The notes below the pieces were generated by a model, which worked only from the letters and a program-made list of their open reading frames with translations, searched no databases and was not told where the DNA came from. Position numbers and translations under genes: made by a program. Positions 59,994 through 64,000 of a stretch of DNA of 64,000 nt are shown here, in pieces. The first letter of the stretch is position 1. The number at the start of each line of letters is the position of its first letter. Origin of the DNA: an uncultured Rivularia sp. (lineage in GTDB: Bacteria > Cyanobacteriota > Cyanobacteriia > Cyanobacteriales > Nostocaceae); the NCBI GenBank assembly GCA_963665115.1, contig OY762007.1:4384001-4448000 (forward strand). Direction: 5' to 3'.

Positions 59994-61364
59994 CTAAAGC
60001 GCAACTACGAACGAACTCAAAACTTCACTCGGCACTGGCTTCATCAATGAAGGTAAAAAACCCACAATTCCCGGAAATACAATAATCAATCCCAACACCA
60101 ACAACTGAATCAAAATAAACGGAATCACACCACGATAAATATCTGCCGTACTCACTTCTTCTGGTGCAACGCTGCGTAAATAAAATAAGGCAAAACCAAA
60201 GGGAGGTGTTAAAAACGAGGTTTGTAAATTCGCTCCTAAAATAACCCCGTACCAAACTAAATCAATTCCAAACTGTTGCGCTACCGGAACAAATAAGGGT
60301 ATGACAATAAAGGCTATCTCGAAGAAGTCGATAAAGAAGCCTAACAGCAATACTACTGTCATACTTACTATCATAAATCCTACTTGTCCGCCAGGAATAT
60401 TACTTAAAACATTCTCCATAAAAACGCTACCATTCAACCCTTTAAACACCAATGCAAAGGCAGTTGAACCAATTAATATAAACATCACCATGCTGGTAAT
60501 TCGCATGGTGGCGTTACAAACTTGACTCAAGGTTGTTAAAGTTAATTTACGATATATAGCAGCAAGAAATATTGTTGCCACACAGCCAACTGCTCCCGCT
60601 TCGGTGGGTGTTGCAAATCCAAAAAAGATGCTTCCTAATACTAATAATATTAAAATCAAAGGCGGTAACATTACCTGAAAAATCTTTGCTATTAAAGCCG
60701 AAACACCAATATTTCTAACTTCTGGAGGTAATGCTGGAGCAATTTCTGGTTTTAAAAATGCGATTATCAATACATATAAAGCAAAAGCACCCGCCATCAT
60801 CAAACCGGGAATTATCGAACCAACAAATAAATCTCCTACCGATATCCCTAATTGATCTGCAAGTACTATCAATACGACTGATGGGGGAATAATTTGTCCT
60901 AATGTCCCCGATGCTGCAATCACACCAGTTGCTAACTTTTTATCGTAACCGTAGCGCAACATAATTGGTAAAGATATCAAACCCATTGCCACAACTGTCG
61001 CTGCTACAACTCCGGTAGTTGCTGCCAATAAAGCTCCCACAATTACCACAGCTAAAGCCAAACCACCGCGTATTCTTCCCAGGAGAATTCCCATCGTTTC
61101 CAAAAGTCGTTCGGCGATACCCGTTTTTTCTAGCATCGAACCCATGAAGATAAAGTAGGGTATTGCTAATAGGGTATAGTTCTTCATGATATCGAAAATC
61201 CGCAGTGGCATTAATCCGAATAATTGCAGATCGATAATTCCTAATGCACTTCCAATCAAAGCGAAGATAATCGAAACCCCACCCAAAGAAAACGCTACCG
61301 GATACCCCAAGGATAATAAAGCCAAAGCACCAGCAAACATTAATGGCCCTAACCAATCAATCAT
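59994..61364 (-). CDS. TRAP transporter large permease (DctM)
   Basis: GTLGQIIPPS, ATPTEAG, LTPPFG. Confidence 0.94.
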   Translation of the reverse strand: MIDWLGPLMFAGALALLSLGYPVAFSLGGVSIIFALIGSALGIIDLQLFGLMPLRIFDIMKNYTLLAIPYFIFMGSMLEKTGIAERLLETMGILLGRIRGGLALAVVIVGALLAATTGVVAATVVAMGLISLPIMLRYGYDKKLATGVIAASGTLGQIIPPSVVLIVLADQLGISVGDLFVGSIIPGLMMAGAFALYVLIIAFLKPEIAPALPPEVRNIGVSALIAKIFQVMLPPLILILLVLGSIFFGFATPTEAGAVGCVATIFLAAIYRKLTLTTLSQVCNATMRITSMVMFILIGSTAFALVFKGLNGSVFMENVLSNIPGGQVGFMIVSMTVVLLLGFFIDFFEIAFIVIPLFVPVAQQFGIDLVWYGVILGANLQTSFLTPPFGFALFYLRSVAPEEVSTADIYRGVIPFILIQLLVLGLIIVFPGIVGFLPSLMKPVPSEVLSSFVVAL

Positions 61365-61905
61365 TACTGTTTTCCTCCTGGGGTTGTAAATAACCTTTAA
61401 AAATTGCCAAGTTTTTGATAATTTGAGAGATTCCCTGCAATATCAGCAGAGCAAAGGAAATAATTATTGTAGTTTTGATCGGATATCTTGGTAAACCATC
61501 TGGATCTGGAGAATTTTCTAAAATTGACCAGGAATTAACAATGGTTTCCCAGGAATAGAAAATAATCAAACCACAAAACGGAATTAAAAATAATAGAGTA
61601 CCTAAAATTTCTATCAGCGCTTTTCGACGGGGATTCCATTTACTGTAAAATACATCAACCCGCACGTGTTCGTTATATTTGAGCGCGTAAGCCGCTGCAA
61701 AGAAAAATATTAAATCAAAAATATACCATTGAGCTTCAATATAAACATTAGAACTCAGATTAGCGCCAATTAACCTTCCTAGATATCTGCCGACAACATT
61801 CCATCCACCCACAACAACTAATACTAATACCAGCCAAGTGGTTATTTTACCGATAACTTCGTTAAAGGCATCGATGATTCGCGATACTTTTAGTAACTTC
61901 TCCAC
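61357..61905 (-). CDS. TRAP transporter small permease (DctQ)
   Basis: EAQWY, HVRVDVFY, four TM. Confidence 0.92.
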   Translation of the reverse strand: MEKLLKVSRIIDAFNEVIGKITTWLVLVLVVVGGWNVVGRYLGRLIGANLSSNVYIEAQWYIFDLIFFFAAAYALKYNEHVRVDVFYSKWNPRRKALIEILGTLLFLIPFCGLIIFYSWETIVNSWSILENSPDPDGLPRYPIKTTIIISFALLILQGISQIIKNLAIFKGYLQPQEENSND

Positions 61906-62701
61906 AACCCACTACCTTTATCAACCTTTGTAAAAGTAGTTTACATCTGTGAAGGGGAAGATTTATGTTAATCAGTTATCAATTATCAATTAAGATTTAC
62001 CTTCTGTAGTGGGAGCGTCTCGCTCCCTGGTTGTAATTCAACTCATCGCTTGCTTACTTCTAAATCTTTGACGCGAATTACTATAAGATTTAGGGTTGTT
62101 TGATTCACAGTCATTTTTTGTAAACTATGATTTTATCAAATAGCTCGATAATAAAATTAATTGTAAATTTGATTTAGTAATTTAATTTTCTTATTTAAAT
62201 AATCAAAACACGTCCAAACAGATTATATACAAAAATAATTTTACACGAAAAGTGACTTATATCACTCCATCAAAATAACGAAATTGCGTTGAGTAATTGA
62301 ACATATTCTCATTAGTGGCTGCATAATTTTAAACAAGCGTATATTTTTGTTAATTGTCATCACGAAATACTGAACTTTTTTTGTGTTTATATATCTATTT
62401 GTTAAGTTTTCTAAGTAATACGAGTATTTTAGATAACTTAAAAAATATTATCCTCGTATTTAAACTGAGCAAAAATAATCTAAATAAAAACAGTAATTCA
62501 TTTTGCAGTGAAATTAAAGACACTAAAAACCGGGCTTCTCTAATTTTGACTTCGGGATTTAGAGATGCTGTAAATTTTTTAATATACTCACCTTTAGAAG
62601 TATATTATTTTACTTTAATAACAAAAAAACCGTATTTATATTGAGAAAAACATGGGTTTATATAAATATGATTTGTTAAAATTGCTGCAAATAGCTATGT
62701 A

Positions 62702-62882
62702 GCTGTTTCTAATAGCGATCGCACTTAAGGAATTGGTAGAAAACTTGTGGAAACCAGCTTTCGTGAATTAAGAAATAGTAGAGAACATTGAAGCTAAGAA
62801 GTTTTGGCAAAAGTTGGGTTGGAAGGTACGGGAAGATATCAATATGATGTGCTTAAATATTTTCGATTCTGTGAATCCTTAA
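62702..62882 (+). pseudogene. GNAT acetyltransferase 3' remnant
   Basis: AVSNSDRT*GIGRKLVE then, in another frame, NIEAKKFWQKLGWKVREDI. Confidence 0.6.
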
Positions 62883-62981
62883 ATTTTCTACAAAAAATAT
62901 AAAAAGTAATGAAACATACTTGCACGCAACCGCATCAATAAAGCTATAACGTACTTATAACTACTATGGCTGTATTAGTAA

Positions 62982-63608
62982 ATGAAGTCTGGTTTTATCT
63001 TTAAAGGAATATTATTAACTACATTAGTTGCTGTAATTGGAACTAGTTTGAAGCTATTTAATGATAATCAAGCTCAAGCAGTGAAAAAGGCTGGTTTATG
63101 TAGCGAAATCAAGCCACTAACTCAAAATAAAGCGGAAAAATACGATAGAAACGGATTGAAAGAAAGTGAAGGCACTTTTTACGATCAAGTTTCTTTTAAA
63201 TCCAAGCCCGTGGTATCAGTAGTTATAAACCCGGAGGCGTTAGACGTTAATAAATGGGCAAAAGTTCCGCAATCGGCAATTAAATATATTGGTAAGGAAG
63301 ATGAATGGTTAAGTCCAGATAATTTTTATTTAGTTGAAGTTCCCAGCGATGCCAAGGCTTTGGCTTTGGGTAAACCCTGTCACGGTGACGGCAATGCAGC
63401 AGTTCACTCTATCAGAAAATGGGATGTTGCAGAAGATAATAAAATATCCATCAACGGTAAAATTAACTTAGAACATCCTACTCCCTTACCTAAAATTAAT
63501 CCTGCTCATATTTTGGTGAATACCGGAAGTGATGAGCAAGATAGTTTGGGGGGTGTGACGGAGGTTTACTTTAGCAAGGAGAGAGTAAGGATTCCGATGA
63601 AGAAGTAA
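62982..63608 (+). CDS. Secreted hypothetical protein
   Basis: 208 aa ORF with signal peptide (AQA). Confidence 0.72.
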   Translation: MKSGFIFKGILLTTLVAVIGTSLKLFNDNQAQAVKKAGLCSEIKPLTQNKAEKYDRNGLKESEGTFYDQVSFKSKPVVSVVINPEALDVNKWAKVPQSAIKYIGKEDEWLSPDNFYLVEVPSDAKALALGKPCHGDGNAAVHSIRKWDVAEDNKISINGKINLEHPTPLPKINPAHILVNTGSDEQDSLGGVTEVYFSKERVRIPMKK

Positions 63609-63715
63609 TTGGAGATGGGGAGATGGGGAGAAAATTAAATATTTTTAACTCACTTCTCTCCATTCCCTAGTGCCAATCCAAAATCACTTTACCGGGACAA
63701 GAATCTTTTAAGCAA

Positions 63716-64000
63716 TCATGTTTTAATAATCAGAGAATCGTCTTTGATTTCAATAGATTTAATTTTTCCTATTAATTTTACAGTTCTTTGGGATTCTGCT
63801 GCATCTTGACTAAATCCAGGTGCATCTGAGGGAGATTTTATTCCACCAAAGATATATGATATTATTTTTGAGTATATCAATGGTGCCGTGATATTATATT
63901 TATCATCATTAATTTCTCCGATATTTGTCTTAATAAATTTCGATGTTTCTAAAACAACTTCATTATTAACACTAAAGCTAAATGTTCTTGTTTCGGTAGA
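63716..64000 (-). CDS. Hypothetical protein, 3' part (runs off window end)
   Basis: 95 open codons from 64000 to TGA at 63716-63718 in AT-rich sequence. Confidence 0.6.
   Translation of the reverse strand, partial: STETRTFSFSVNNEVVLETSKFIKTNIGEINDDKYNITAPLIYSKIISYIFGGIKSPSDAPGFSQDAAESQRTVKLIGKIKSIEIKDDSLIIKT

Noticed and set aside
9013..61389. Numerous short antisense or overlapping ORFs inside long genes
   Set aside because: Shadow frames of well-supported genes with no independent signals
61929..61945. NtcA site upstream of dctQ
   Set aside because: Spacing is GTA-N9-TAC rather than N8
62354..62644. 96-aa ORF
   Set aside because: TTG start, extremely AT-rich, no recognisable motif
1..64000. 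Prophage, transposase, rRNA or tRNA genes
   Set aside because: No structural phage proteins, integrase, transposase or cloverleaf/rRNA signatures were recognised by eye

Overview
AT-rich chromosomal window from a filamentous heterocyst-forming-type cyanobacterium (Nostocales-like). The inference rests on at least 16 HIP1 octamers (GCGATCGC), heptamer STRR arrays, PEP-CTERM, Uma2 and GUN4-domain genes. Most genes are ordinary: lptA/lptB/lptF-G, an RND efflux system, a cation/H+ antiporter, glk, ychF, arfB, a two-component cluster, a flotillin/NfeD operon and a TRAP transporter. No rRNA, tRNA, CRISPR array, cas gene or transposase was seen. The most interesting content is non-coding or decaying. 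(i) A tandem stack of about 100-bp MITE-like units at 5567-6093 is joined by CTAG, and each unit carries a GTAG-REP hairpin; other MITE-like families also carry REP cargo. (ii) A 25-bp element is inserted exactly inside a HIP1 site and breaks a LysR gene. (iii) A DUF6932-like nucleotidyltransferase is coupled to an HTH gene in toxin-antitoxin layout. (iv) Three TA loci have dead toxins. (v) A stand-alone T4 Rnl1-like RNA ligase is present. (vi) A ~365-bp (GGGAGTA)n array and an N/Q-rich repeat protein occur. Three +1 frameshifts in short C/G runs may be sequencing errors. All product calls come from motif recognition by eye; no database searches were run.
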